Source: Acidobacteriota bacterium (GTDB lineage: Bacteria; Acidobacteriota; UBA6911; RPQK01; JAJDTT01). Taken from it: 64,000 bases of DNA. This document shows, piece after piece, positions 1 to 11,721 of this stretch. Positions within the stretch are counted from its first letter, which is position 1, and each line of letters opens with the position of its first letter. The stretch covers positions 5,216,001 through 5,280,000 of the forward strand of contig OZ253580.1 in assembly GCA_965263035.1 (NCBI GenBank). Direction: 5' to 3'. A model generated the notes under the pieces. That model did not search any database. It was not told the DNA's origin and saw nothing but the letters and a program-made list of their open reading frames with translations. Made by a program: the position numbers and the translations under genes.

Positions 1-1
1 A

Positions 2-1084
2 GTGGGGCTGGTAGCCAACCACACGGCGGTGAACTCCGGTCTGGAGGCGGTCGCCAGCATCCTTGCCAACCACCCGCGAGTCGAGCTGAAGGCCATCTTC
101 GCTCCCGAGCATGGCTTTTCGGGTGACGTTCAGGCCGGCGTGCTCGTTCCCCATAAGTCCCGAATCTACAGTCTCTACGGGGCGCACCGATCACCGACAC
201 CGGAAATGCTCCGTGGCGTGGATCTACTGATCTACGACATCCAGGACGTGGGAGTTCGCTTCTATACCTACATCTCCACTCTGTACGAGTGCATGAAGGC
301 GGCTGCGCGCGAAGGGATTCCCCTGATCGTTCTGGATCGCCCCAATCCCATCGACGGTGACCGGGTCGAGGGCCCGTTGTTGGATGCGAGTCTCGTCTCC
401 TTCGTGGGTGTTCATCCCCTCCCCATCCGCTACGGGATGACGGTGGGAGAACTGGCCCGCCTCTTCAACCAGGAAGGGAAACTGGGTTGCGATCTGAAGG
501 TGGTCCCGATGCAGGGTTGGCGCCGTTCCCGATGGTATGACGAGACCGGCCTGGTCTGGATCCCTCCGTCTCCCAACATGCCCACCCTGACCACGGCCAC
601 GCTCTACGCCGGATTCTGTCTGCTGGAGGGCACGAATCTTGCCGAGGGAAGAGGGACCACCCGTCCCTTCGAACTGGTGGGCGCTCCCTGGCTCGACGCC
701 ACGCGTCTGGTGGCGGAACTCAACGCCCTCGGGTTGGACGGGGTCTATTTCCGGGTCCAGTCCTTCACTCCGACCTTCTCCAAATTCAAGGGCCAGGTCT
801 GCCAGGGCGTCCAGATCCACATCGTGGACCGGGACCGGTTCGATCCCATTGCCTGCGCCTTGCACCTTCTACGTCAGACTCTCGATCTGCACCCGGACGA
901 GTTGACGTTCCAGGATCAGATGTTCGATCTGCTGGCGGGTCAGTCCGGACTCAGGTCCGATCTGCTTCGAGGGGTCGAGGTGGAGCAGATGGTGGCCTCT
1001 TGGCGGCCTGGCCTGGAGGCCTTCCGGGAGCGGAGATCAAGACATCTACTCTATCCGGAGGAGGAAATAGAAAAGAGGAAATAG
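2..1084 (+). CDS. DUF1343 / exo-beta-N-acetylmuramidase NamZ (YbbC) family protein, 5' end outside window
   Basis: Motifs GLVANHT, FAPEHGF, SLYG, DIQDVGVRFYTY, LDRPNP, PSPNMP, EGRGTTRPFE are typical of DUF1343. Confidence 0.9.
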   Translation: MGLVANHTAVNSGLEAVASILANHPRVELKAIFAPEHGFSGDVQAGVLVPHKSRIYSLYGAHRSPTPEMLRGVDLLIYDIQDVGVRFYTYISTLYECMKAAAREGIPLIVLDRPNPIDGDRVEGPLLDASLVSFVGVHPLPIRYGMTVGELARLFNQEGKLGCDLKVVPMQGWRRSRWYDETGLVWIPPSPNMPTLTTATLYAGFCLLEGTNLAEGRGTTRPFELVGAPWLDATRLVAELNALGLDGVYFRVQSFTPTFSKFKGQVCQGVQIHIVDRDRFDPIACALHLLRQTLDLHPDELTFQDQMFDLLAGQSGLRSDLLRGVEVEQMVASWRPGLEAFRERRSRHLLYPEEEIEKRK

Positions 1085-1335
1085 GAATACTCCTTCCGTC
1101 TAGACGGACACCTCCTCTTCAACACCGAGCCGGCATCGAGGGTTGCAAACCTCGGCGCCCACGCTCCCCCTTTATTTCTGGAAGGATTGCGCCGGCCCGC
1201 GGCCGATGGAAACGAGTTTTACTATCCATGGCAAATATTCGGTCTCATTTTGCTATCAATAGTAAACTCGTCCCCGCAGAGGCACTTTCCGCCTGACGCT
1301 GCCGCACGTCGGCTGGTGGGGGAGCTTTTCTGTCC

Positions 1336-2769
1336 TCAGGGGTTTGCCGGTGCCGGCGAAGCAGGAGAGGGCTCGGGATCGGGGATCGACTCGTATTCCT
1401 TGAGCAGCTCGTTGAAGTCCTTCCGGTACCGGATCACGTCCAGGTCCGAGACCACCTGTTTCAGAATCCGGCGCACCAAGGGGACATAAGTCTGCGGTTC
1501 CATCCGGATGGCTGCCGTCAGATGGACCATGGCCTCTTCCGGCTGCGATTGCGCGGCGAAGAATTGGGCCAGCCGGAAACGTGCTTGCGGCCTGTCCACT
1601 CCATTCCGAATTGCCTCCAGAAAATGCCGTTGAGCCCCATCGTTTTCCTTGCGCTGATCCAGTAGCACGGCCAGACTGTAATGAGCCCGCCCTTCCTGGG
1701 GACTCACCTTGATCGCCCGTTCGAGGAATTCCTCGGCTTTGTCCTTCATACCCAGATTTACTTGCATGGCGGCCATGTTGTAGAGAGTGCTGAAGGTCTC
1801 CTGCCCCAGGTCCAAGGCTCGACTGTACGCCTCAACCGCGTCCTGATCTTTTCGCTGGAAGCTCAGGACGTCACCCAGATTGGCCCACAACTGGTCGTTG
1901 TTCGGGGCCTGGTCCAGAGCCGCACGAAGGTATCGCTCCGCGTCGGCGTATCGTTTTTCCCTTCTTGCGATGAGCCCCAGGTTGGCCAGGTTCCAAGCGT
2001 CATTCTCGTCGGATCGGGAAAGTCGCCGTTTCGCCTCGTCGGGCTTTCCCAACTCCAGGTAGAGGCCACCCAGTTCCCGCAGAACCCCTGGATCGTCCGG
2101 TTTCAGCCGTTCCGCCTTCAACAATTCCTGCAGTGCCTCTTTTTTCCGTCCAGCCTCCAGGTGCAGCAATCCCAGGCGAAACCGGGCCTGGAAATCCTCC
2201 GGGTGGGTTCGGAGAAAGGACTCGTAGTGGTCTTGAGCCTTCTGATCTTGACCCAGCCGCTGATATGCCTGCGCCAGGTTGATGTGGGTCTGGGCCGTGG
2301 AAGGATTCAACTTCAAGACCTGGTCGAAAGCGTCGACGGCGTCCTGATCCCGGCCTTGTTGGAAATGGATCACGCCCAGGAGATGCCAGGAAACGGGATC
2401 CTGAGGATCGATTTTCAGCGCCCGGCCCAGGTCCTCGCGGGAAGACTGTATCTTTCCCTGTCCGAACCGGATCTGGGCGCGCATTTGGAGCCCCCGGGCA
2501 CTCTCGGGCTCCAGCTCGATGAGGGCGTCGAGATGACCGACCGCTTGATCCAATTTTTTCTGCTGCAGGTAGATCACGGCCAAGTTGTACCGGGCAGCAG
2601 CGAAGGCGGGAGAGATCTGGACTGCTTTCTCGAAGAGTTCCGCTTGGCGGCTGGAGTACTGATCGGGGGTCCCGATGAGTTCCTCTCCCTTCCGGAACCA
2701 TTCCACGGCGCGCTGGTCGATTTGGGCGCCTTGTAGAAACAACAGCCCGAGAGCTAGAAAGAGGCTCAT
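1336..2769 (-). CDS. Secreted tetratricopeptide-repeat protein
   Basis: Hydrophobic N-terminus followed by many 34-aa TPR-like units (A..YNLA, ..LG....G...A). Confidence 0.85.
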   Translation of the reverse strand: MSLFLALGLLFLQGAQIDQRAVEWFRKGEELIGTPDQYSSRQAELFEKAVQISPAFAAARYNLAVIYLQQKKLDQAVGHLDALIELEPESARGLQMRAQIRFGQGKIQSSREDLGRALKIDPQDPVSWHLLGVIHFQQGRDQDAVDAFDQVLKLNPSTAQTHINLAQAYQRLGQDQKAQDHYESFLRTHPEDFQARFRLGLLHLEAGRKKEALQELLKAERLKPDDPGVLRELGGLYLELGKPDEAKRRLSRSDENDAWNLANLGLIARREKRYADAERYLRAALDQAPNNDQLWANLGDVLSFQRKDQDAVEAYSRALDLGQETFSTLYNMAAMQVNLGMKDKAEEFLERAIKVSPQEGRAHYSLAVLLDQRKENDGAQRHFLEAIRNGVDRPQARFRLAQFFAAQSQPEEAMVHLTAAIRMEPQTYVPLVRRILKQVVSDLDVIRYRKDFNELLKEYESIPDPEPSPASPAPANP

Positions 2770-2785
2770 GATGGGTTCGTCCGAA

Positions 2786-3739
2786 TCAGGAGAGAGTTTT
2801 CTCTCGGGGTTGGGCGAAGTCCTCGAAACGAGTCATTCGCTGAAGTTCCCGGTAACGCATCTCGATCTCGGTGAGGGTCACCTCCTTGAGGCGGTCCAGG
2901 GAGAAGCCTTCGACGGTGAAGCTGGCCATGACGGAGCCGAAGATGACGGCTTGCCGGAGGGCGCGGCGGTCCGACCGGCCGGTACCGGCCAGATAGCCCA
3001 TGAAGCCGCCGGCGAAAGTGTCGCCGGCGCCGGTCGGATCCAGCACGTCGGCCAGCGGGTAGGCGGGAGCACCGAAGATATCCAGGCCGCCTCCCGCCTC
3101 CCGCCGGAACATGAGTGCGCCGTATTCCCCTCGCTTGACCACCAGGATGCGGGGGCCCCAGCCCAGGATCTTCTCGGCCGCCCGGACCAGGTTCGGTTCC
3201 CGGGAGAGCTGCCGCGCCTCGGCGTCGTTGATGAGGAGGATCCCCACTCCCTTGAGAGTCTCGAGCAGGGAGGGGAAATGTTCCCGGATCCAATAGTTCA
3301 TGGTGTCGCAGGCCACCAGTTTGGGCTGCCTGACCTGCAACAGCACCTGCCGTTGGAGTACGGGGTCGAAATTGCCCAGGAAGAGATACTCGCTGGTCCG
3401 GTAATGTTCGGGGAGGTTGGGCCGAAAATCGGCCAGGACGTTCAGTTGGGTGTCGAGGGTCTGGCAGTCGTTGAGGTCATATCCGTACTTGCCGGCCCAG
3501 CGGAAGGTCCTGCCCGGCAGGACCTCCAGTCCCGCCAAGTCGATGTTTCTGGACTCCAGCAGGGAGACGTCCTGCTGTCGGAAGTCGTTCCCGACGGCCG
3601 CCACCATCCGGACATCGGTGAAATAGCCGGCCGCAATGCTGAAATAGGTCGCCGCCCCGCCCAGAACCTCCGTTACCTTGCCGAAGGGGGTCTCCACGGA
3701 ATCGTAGGCGACCGAACCGACTACCGCAATGGAACCCAT
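2786..3739 (-). CDS. PfkB/ribokinase-family kinase (probable nucleoside kinase)
   Basis: GSVAYD at the N-terminus and the DPTGAGDTFAGG signature. Start moved to ATG 3739 (MGSIAVV) because the longer ORF overlaps mtnP. Confidence 0.88.
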   Translation of the reverse strand: MGSIAVVGSVAYDSVETPFGKVTEVLGGAATYFSIAAGYFTDVRMVAAVGNDFRQQDVSLLESRNIDLAGLEVLPGRTFRWAGKYGYDLNDCQTLDTQLNVLADFRPNLPEHYRTSEYLFLGNFDPVLQRQVLLQVRQPKLVACDTMNYWIREHFPSLLETLKGVGILLINDAEARQLSREPNLVRAAEKILGWGPRILVVKRGEYGALMFRREAGGGLDIFGAPAYPLADVLDPTGAGDTFAGGFMGYLAGTGRSDRRALRQAVIFGSVMASFTVEGFSLDRLKEVTLTEIEMRYRELQRMTRFEDFAQPREKTLS

Positions 3740-3752
3740 GCCGTGTTCTCCA

Positions 3753-4613
<861 letters not shown>

Positions 4614-4711
4614 ATCCGGCTCTCAATATTATCTTGGATTTCCTGCCTTTACCCAAAAAACATCTCCCAGTCCGGATTTTTCTGGCGAAAGAGACTAGTA
4701 GGGAGAATTTT

Positions 4712-5170
4712 ATGGACACTCACAAGAACCAGTTCCGACAAATCTCAATCTTCGAGGGCCAACTGCATCCTAGTGAACGCGCAGCGTATCGGCAACGGAT
4801 GCACGAGGAGGAACTGGCAGGGAAGAGGGAGCTGGAAGCACGAATCGAAGAGTTTCGGCGGCAATTCGAACCGGATCACGAGCCCGACCCGTGGGAATTG
4901 GACCTGGACTGCGAATTCGAGCTCGCAATGTCCGCACTCGCGCCGCTCACCCGAAGGCAATATCGGTCGGCCTGGAAGCAGTTCGACGCTTGGAGGGGTG
5001 ATCGGCCGGTGAACGACCGGACCTTGGCCCAGTATTGCTGGCATCGATTCAAGACTCCTGTCTACTGGAATGGCCAGAAACGAGATCTGGCACCGATCCC
5101 CATTCGGGGTGACATCCAAGCGGTTCAGTTCAGAGTCTCGTATACCCATCTCGATCAACCAGTACACTGA
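4712..5170 (+). pseudogene. Hypothetical protein resembling the N-terminal core-binding domain of a tyrosine recombinase; no catalytic domain
   Basis: ATG 4712 follows a GGGAGA RBS. LAPLTRRQYRSAWKQFDAW resembles integrase SAM-like helices. The ORF ends soon after. Confidence 0.4.
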
Positions 5171-5747
5171 AACGAGAGTGGTTCGAATATCGTCTGGAGA
5201 TCGTCTACTTGCTGGATCGGTCTTGATTGATGGTCCTGATGGAGCGATGCTTGCAATCTCAGCGGGCTACCGCATCGTCAATGCCGATACCGGCAAGATA
5301 AGCGATGCCGTCTCCGGGCTTGTGGTTGCTGGTGGTACGGCATACGATCGAGGACACCACAAGCGCGTTATTGTACCTGTCCACCTTCGCCCGGGGAAGG
5401 CGCTTGGGGTAAGCTACATGCTGGAAAAAAGCTCGAAATTCGCTCCTGCCACGGAAGTCGATATCCTGGCAACTGCGTCCCTGCATATTGGAGGAGAACT
5501 CCTTCCGCTACCCCGGTCGATCCCCAAAGCTACAGTGCCCTACAGAGCTTTCTATCAACACGCTGGTGCGTGGAGTCTCAACCGATACTGGCCGGAACTG
5601 AACAAGAAAGGAGCAACAGGCAAGCTGGAACTGGGAATGATAGGCGACTACCGGTACGTCCGCGCCACTGCGTTTGTGTACGAAAGCGGTGACGATGGTG
5701 CGCTCCGGTACACCACAGTGGAGGTGAAACACCTGAGGGAAGACTGA
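5070..5747 (+). CDS. Hypothetical beta-rich protein, probably N-terminally truncated
   Basis: 225-aa ORF abutting the next gene; no recognised motif; start uncertain. Confidence 0.45.
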   Translation: MARNEIWHRSPFGVTSKRFSSESRIPISINQYTETRVVRISSGDRLLAGSVLIDGPDGAMLAISAGYRIVNADTGKISDAVSGLVVAGGTAYDRGHHKRVIVPVHLRPGKALGVSYMLEKSSKFAPATEVDILATASLHIGGELLPLPRSIPKATVPYRAFYQHAGAWSLNRYWPELNKKGATGKLELGMIGDYRYVRATAFVYESGDDGALRYTTVEVKHLRED

Positions 5748-6203
5748 TTGATGGACGACTATAGAAAGTTCGTAGAGAGGAAACTGGCTGAACTGGACTA
5801 CCTGAAAGAGAGAACGAACGCTCTGGAGAAGAGAGAGCAGCTTATGGCGCTCATACACCCGGAGAAAAAAGAGGCTTTAGACAAGTTCTTCAGACAAATC
5901 GAGAAGCTTGAACAGAAGCATGAGGTCAACCTCTACGTTGGCAAGAACAAGCAAGCTCTTGGGATGGTCGCATTGGGGTGGCGAACGGATCCACCAGAGA
6001 TAGTGAAAGTCGTGAAATTCTTTGACAAGCGCCTGTCCAATTCTCCAGGTACAGAGTTGCTCCTGACAAACCCCGATGAAATTGTGCAGATCATTAGGAG
6101 CATCCTCCGTGGCATGAGCATCCGGAGCATCTGGGAAGATGGATCCCTCTCCCAAAGGGGTGCCAGCCCCTCGTCTCCTGTGGGTGCTCCGGTTCCTGAG
6201 TAG
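5748..6203 (+). CDS. Hypothetical protein with N-terminal coiled coil
   Basis: GAGG RBS upstream; charged, helical, protein-like sequence. Confidence 0.55.
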   Translation: MMDDYRKFVERKLAELDYLKERTNALEKREQLMALIHPEKKEALDKFFRQIEKLEQKHEVNLYVGKNKQALGMVALGWRTDPPEIVKVVKFFDKRLSNSPGTELLLTNPDEIVQIIRSILRGMSIRSIWEDGSLSQRGASPSSPVGAPVPE

Positions 6204-6695
6204 AGTACGGCAACGCACGCTACCGACAATAATTCGGTGCCCGCACCGACCCGGTGCGCGGCCGTAGGAGGCCCAAAGCGTTTCCGGACCCGGCGCTCCA
6301 GCGCCAGGAGTTGGGCCGATTCCCTCTTCCGGGGCCGAATTGGGAGGATCCCGCAAAAAAAAGACGCCCTCAGAAGGCCTATGTTGGCTTGGCGAGTCCG
6401 GACGAAGGGTGATGAGGGTTAGGCCTCTGGACGTCGTTCAGGCTCCGCCCGTGCCTCGTGGCGGGGATGGGGATTTCTTCAAACGGGTGGGGGGTGTTTT
6501 GTGGGCCGTGAGCTCCGGATCTCGAACGCGCGATCGCGTCCGGATGGGGCGCGCTTGGGCTGGTCCGAGCAGTTAGGTTCGTCCTAGGATGCGACCGTTG
6601 ACTCCGCCCGAGGCTCCGGGTCAGTAACTGCCCCTGCGGATTTGATGGATGTCCTCCTGGTCCGCGACTCTGGCAAGGGATAGACTGGAGACGGC

Positions 6696-6929
6696 ATGAC
6701 CAACGAACAACTCCTGATCCTCATTGCCTCCATCCTCATTCCCCTGGGAAGTCTCATCCTGGTCTAGGCCCGTGTCACCCGCCGGGACATGAAGGAGGAG
6801 ACTTCTCAACTCCGCGCCAACATGAAGGAATTGCGAGCAGAGATCGGGGAACTCCGGGAGCGCATGGCGCACCTGGAGGGCCTACTGGAAGGATTGCGCG
6901 AAGCCATCACCCGCCAGCCCGTCTCCTGA
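6696..6929 (+). pseudogene. Small N-terminal TM plus coiled-coil protein with an in-frame TAG at 6765-6767
   Basis: GGAG RBS; reads MTNEQLLILIASILIPLGSLILV*ARVTRRDMKEETSQLRANMKELRAEIGELRERMAHLEGLLEGLREAITRQPVS. Confidence 0.65.
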
Positions 6930-6953
6930 GCACCGCGAGCGCCACAGTAATCA

Positions 6954-8186
6954 ATGCCATTGATCGAAGGGAATCAGTTACTCCAGAGGTTCCACAAGCG
7001 TCTGGCCGAAGCGACACAGGTGGACATCGCGGTCGCTTGGGTCAAATGCTGCGACGCACTAGACGCCTTGGTTGGTGAGGGAACTGTAATTCGCATTGCA
7101 GTCGGCATATCAGGGAACGTTACGGACCCATGCGCACTCGAATGTCTGAATAACTCCCAGTCTGTGGACCTGCGTATTGCACGATCACGACACGGAATTT
7201 TCCACCCGAAATATTTCTGCTTTCATGGCCGTGACAGGACCATCTGCTGGGTTGGCAGCGCGAATCTAACCAAGGGAGGATTCGGTCGTAACGACGAATT
7301 GGTGCATGAGTTTGAGGACAGTGCTGGGGAGGGCCGGAGCTGGTTCGAATCCTTCTGGAATACATTGCACGCAGACCCCGGTCCAGATCTCGACGAATAC
7401 AACAACAGATACCAACGACGACCACAACCCGCCCCCTCGGACGGCACACCGGAGTTGTTGGTGCCGTTGCCCAATCAGTCGACATGGAATGACTTTGTTG
7501 AGGGACTGCGAATTCGTAATGTTCGCTGCCGCTCACAGAAGCTAACCGATCACCGAGGGGTCCCATGGGATATTTTGGGGAACCAACATAGCTACCTCCA
7601 TACGATCTCCACTGCTCGGGAATTGGCTCGACTCCCAGATTGGGGTAACTTGAAGAAACCTAAATGCAACATCCTGCTTGGCCGAGACGACGATGAGGGC
7701 GCATGGGCACTTTTGGGATCGATATGGCCAAGCGGGAAAGTAGCCAAGGTATTCAACCCTAAACGTATGCCCACTGTTGGCCCTGCTCGGGAAAAAATAC
7801 TCCACTACGTGAAGCAGGTGCAGGAGGCAACCAACAACGAGATTGCTCGTGTTGCACATGAGGCAGTACGGGAAATCTGGTGGAATGACGACTTGCTCGA
7901 TGGTTTCGGACCTGCTGCTGCCACTCGCCTGCTTACCCTTGCCCGTCCAGATTGCTTGGTCTCCGTGAATGAAAAATCGGCAGGTGGACTGGCGAAGCTG
8001 GCTGTCCTGGAACGGTCAACAACCCCCGGAAGCCTCGCCAATAACTACGAGGTGCTTCTGAACTGGGTGCACGACCAGCCCTGGTTCAAGACTCCCCGGC
8101 CCGACGATCCCGGCAGGAAACGAGACATCTGGGATTGCAGGGCTGCGCTGCTGGATGCCTTTGTGTATGAGGAGATCAACGGCTGA
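6954..8186 (+). CDS. Phospholipase D (HKD)-family nuclease domain protein (NgoFVII/BfiI-like N-terminus) with unassigned C-terminal domain
   Basis: VDIAVAW, FHPKYFCF, WVGSANLTKGGFGRNDE motifs. Confidence 0.8.
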   Translation: MPLIEGNQLLQRFHKRLAEATQVDIAVAWVKCCDALDALVGEGTVIRIAVGISGNVTDPCALECLNNSQSVDLRIARSRHGIFHPKYFCFHGRDRTICWVGSANLTKGGFGRNDELVHEFEDSAGEGRSWFESFWNTLHADPGPDLDEYNNRYQRRPQPAPSDGTPELLVPLPNQSTWNDFVEGLRIRNVRCRSQKLTDHRGVPWDILGNQHSYLHTISTARELARLPDWGNLKKPKCNILLGRDDDEGAWALLGSIWPSGKVAKVFNPKRMPTVGPAREKILHYVKQVQEATNNEIARVAHEAVREIWWNDDLLDGFGPAAATRLLTLARPDCLVSVNEKSAGGLAKLAVLERSTTPGSLANNYEVLLNWVHDQPWFKTPRPDDPGRKRDIWDCRAALLDAFVYEEING

Positions 8187-8373
8187 CTCCAGACCGCTCG
8201 CTGGACGCCGTCAACCGCATCTTCACGACGCTGCCCGTCGTTCCCATTCCACGATGATCTGGCGAGAATGGCGAGAGATGCTGGGACTCCGCTGAACGTC
8301 CGTTGACTGAAATTTACTGAAGTTTACACAGTCTCGATTCGGGGATATTCTCTGAGGTCACGAAAAAGTTAGT

Positions 8374-10027
8374 TAGTTCTCACCCGGAAAGTCGGTTTTA
8401 TCGGGATCGGGTAGCCCGAAGGAGGGCGGAGAAACTGCAATAAACCGGCACGACCGGGGGCGACAGCGGGAACTTCAAGTGCATTGAGAGCGCATCACGG
8501 ATTTTGAAGACATGGGTCCCTGGCCGGACATCGCAGATCGATCCCAAGCCGCGATTACAACAGCAGGCGGGCCAGGACCAACAAGTTGAAGCTGGTGATC
8601 GAGAGGGAGACATACTGCTGGAAGTGGGCCCAGCCCTTCGAGGTGCAGCGTCCGACTCCGAAGGCCCGCTTGATCATTGAGATGCAACCTTCGATGCCGG
8701 CCCGGAAACGTCGCAGTTGCCGGTAAACCCAACTGGAGCGCACCATCTCAGGGACCTTCAGTCCCCGTTTCTTGGCAAAAGCGACGTCTTGGATCCCTTG
8801 CTCCTTGGCCCAGTCCAAATTGGGGCGGCTGGCAAAACATCCGTCGCAACTGATCTGTCGAGGCCAGCGACCGTACAGATCATGCTGGCGCTGGATCCAA
8901 GTTTGGAACTGAGCGGCATCGTTGGGGTTCCCCCGCACCACCTCACCATCCAGCATCAGGCCGGAGGCGCCTCCGGTCAGAAACAGCTTGTGCCCGAAGA
9001 CCGTTTACCGGCGCTTCTTTTTGATGATGTCGGTGTGCGCCTCAAACAGGGAGAGGACCTTCTCGTCGGCCGGAACCTTCTCCCCCCGCAGGACCCGACG
9101 CTCGGTCTGAGCGATGATCTTGGCCGTCAAGTCCAAGTAATGGCGTAACTTTCCAGCAATGAGCTAACTGGAAGGGTCCTTCCACTGGTCCGCTTGCTGC
9201 AGAGCCATCGTGGCGTAGTGAGCCGTCTTGCGAGCGACCTTCAGCAGGTCCCGATAGGCTTGCTTGCGACGCTTGCCTCGGTGGTTGAGGATCTCCAGAC
9301 ACCGCCGCTTTGCCCGGCGCCGTGATCGTGCAAGACGATCTTGTGATGGCAGGCCAACCGGCGAAGCAGCCGGGTGAGGACTCGAACCGAGTCGCACAAC
9401 GACTGGGAATCGGTCGGATAGGGGATGGGACTTTCCACGGCCGTGGCATCGACTCGAATCTTGCGGCCCCGTTCCAGTCCCTGGAGGTTGGCCCATTGCA
9501 CCAGCAGCCGGTTGATCTGCTGCCAGGTGCCGGCTTGGATGCGGCTGATGTTCTCCTGGAGACAGGAGGCACTGGGCGTCCAGCAAAAAGAAAGACGAGC
9601 GCAAAGGCGATAGCACTGAGAGTCGTTCAGGAGGAACGCCAGTTGAGTGTAGGACAGTTGCTGCCATTGTTTGAGGATGGCCGCGCGCAGGACCTGCTCC
9701 GCGGAGAGCCCGCGAGCCCCCTGACCGGAGCTGTCGGTGTCACACAGATCGTGTGGAATCAGATCCAGTATCGAGGGATTGTCGTCCAAGATCTTGGAAA
9801 CGGCTCTTCAGTTCTTGGGCGAGTCGGTGATCGGGCCACAGCCTGGAAAGCGGACGCTGGTGTTCTCGTTTTCGACGCATTGTTCAAGCCCTCGGTTTTG
9901 CGTAAGTCATTTGGTTGGTTTGTTTTAGCACCAATCGACTACCAAACGACTATGATAAAATCGGGGCTTGAGAATGCCATCTAACTCCCTATTTCCCAAT
10001 GACTTACGGCTTTCCGGGTGAGAAATA
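8374..10027 (-). mobile_element. ISNCY-like insertion sequence with degenerate transposase
   Basis: Imperfect terminal IRs tagttctcacccggaaagtcg (8374) and cggctttccgggtgagaaata (to 10027) enclose transposase fragments. Confidence 0.75.
8555..9880 (-). pseudogene. ISNCY/IS5-like DDE transposase with multiple frameshifts
   Basis: Fragments in different frames: GLSAEQVLRAAILKQ, RVDATAVESPIPYPTDS, DGCFAS, RFRAGIEGCIS. Probable start is ATG 9880. Confidence 0.8.
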
Positions 10028-10043
10028 GAACTACGAGGGGAGC

Positions 10044-11029
10044 CTACCCCTTCCCAGTCATGTCTCTGATGACTTCCATTATTCGAGGCGAAGCAGTGTC
10101 CGCAGATGACGGCTCCACATACCCGCTCACCTGTGGTGAGAATATGCAGCGCGTCGCCTCAATCAACACGGCTGCCTTTGTTTGATCGTCGCTAGCAGCC
10201 TTGGCAAACGTCTCGAAGGAAGTCAATGCATTCTGTGTCGGTGCTGGTTAACGACGAAGTTATGCCGGTGCGAGCGATACACACGGGCAGCCCAAACAAC
10301 GGCACCGAAGAAGAAAGAGAAAAGAAGAACCTTCGCTACAGCCAACTGGATCGTCTGGGACGTTCCAAGTTTGGTAGCGTTGAGCGCAAGGTAGATGTTA
10401 ACGCCGGCTAGAAAAGCAGTTGCAATCGCGAGGACAACGACACGCGTAAGCCATTTGGCTGAGGCCTTTTCGTGTTGCTCAGCTTCATTCTTGAAGTGGC
10501 GGGCATGATGGGCAACACCGGATTCCTGGGCTGCGCTTCGGACCTTCTCGAGTACTTGCTCAGTTTCGGAAATGATCGCTGTCCCCTTTTGTTCGATGTC
10601 CGATAAAAGTTCTTGGGATTCTTGTTTGAACCGCGCAAGATCAATGTTATTACGCGCCGTATACGCGATGAATGGGGCGGCTACGTCGAACAAGGAGTCG
10701 TAGGCGGCGCGCATTTCGCTGATGAGCTGGGATCTAGCTTGGACTGGGTTGCTTTGATGGTGTCCCACGGAAAATTGCTGGATCCTTGAGAACTGCTGCT
10801 CGACCCTCTCTATTGTCAACAACAAATCCTGCAGCTTCACCGGGGGAAACATTTCGAGATCGGCCTCGGCGAGGTCACGCACCAACTTGATTATTCCCCG
10901 GAAATAGGGCAGCTCGCTTTGAAAGTCGAATTCCGACCCAAGTCGATCAGTGCCAGCGAGTGCCTTCACGTCTATCCTTTTGAGTTTGTCAAGTCGAGCT
11001 TTTAGATTGGCGAGATCCTGCAATGTCAT
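10044..11029 (-). pseudogene. Coiled-coil plus two-TM hypothetical protein, frameshifted near 10236
   Basis: Removing a duplicated CA joins ORFs 10223-11029 and 10044-10226 into ...NQHRQNALTSFETFAKAASDDQTK... Confidence 0.7.
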
Positions 11030-11130
11030 ATGATTTTCATCCTCTAGTTTTTGCTATGTCGAGAGTAGGCACGAGCCTCACCCAGGGCCTTGGCTGCCCC
11101 GAACCATTATAAGAGCGTGTCCCCAAGCTT

Positions 11131-11721
11131 TCAGACGGGGATCCGCTCGACCAGGTTGCGGGAGACGCGCCGGCGGTGCCGGTCCTAGATCTGAGTGGTG
11201 CGCGGATGGGAATGACCGGCCACGTACTGGACGTCCTCGAGCGGCACGTTCTGGCTCAGCAAAGCCGTGACCACCAGGACGCGAAACAAGTGGAGCGAGA
11301 GGATTTCCGGCAGCCCGGCCGCCCGCAGCCGGCGCTTGAGCATCAGCTGCACGGCGAGAGGTGACATGGCCCGTTCGGTGAGCGGACTGCCGCAGTGCTG
11401 CCCGGCGCGAAACAACGCCGATCCCTTCGGCGCCTCCGCGAGTCCGGCTCCTTCGAAGTAGGCCGCGATCCGCTCGTCCAGGTCGTGGCGGACCGGGATT
11501 TCCCTGGCCTTGCCCCCTTTCTCCTCAAACTGCAGCGCCCGGTGGTTGCCGTGATCGCGTAGGTCCTCCATTCGGAGCCGGCTGATGGCCCCGACCCGGG
11601 AGCCGGTGTAGGTGAACGTCCCCAGGACCGCCCGGTCCCGCAACCCGCGGCCAAGGTCATCGAGGGCTTGAAGGGCCGATAAGCCGAACCGAACGCCGTT
11701 GGCAGACTGTACCCGAGTCAT
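11131..11721 (-). pseudogene. Tyrosine recombinase/integrase C-terminal fragment with TAG at the catalytic Tyr position
   Basis: LRDRA..TYTGSR, EKGGK, HLFR, AGH..PRTTQI*DRHRRRVSRNLVERIPV. The N-terminal domain is absent. Confidence 0.85.

Noticed and set aside
4614-4700. att or dif-like site at the left island edge
   Set aside because: No convincing dif consensus and no matching direct repeat near 34000-34700.
6204-6690. GC-rich intergenic stretch with short inverted repeats (possible ncRNA or phage end)
   Set aside because: No recognisable family motif or second copy in the window.
6765-11187. Two in-frame TAG codons in CTAGG context, suggesting amber recoding
   Set aside because: The sites would probably need different residues (Tyr is required in the integrase), TAG ends many normal genes here, and the surrounding DNA is generally decayed.
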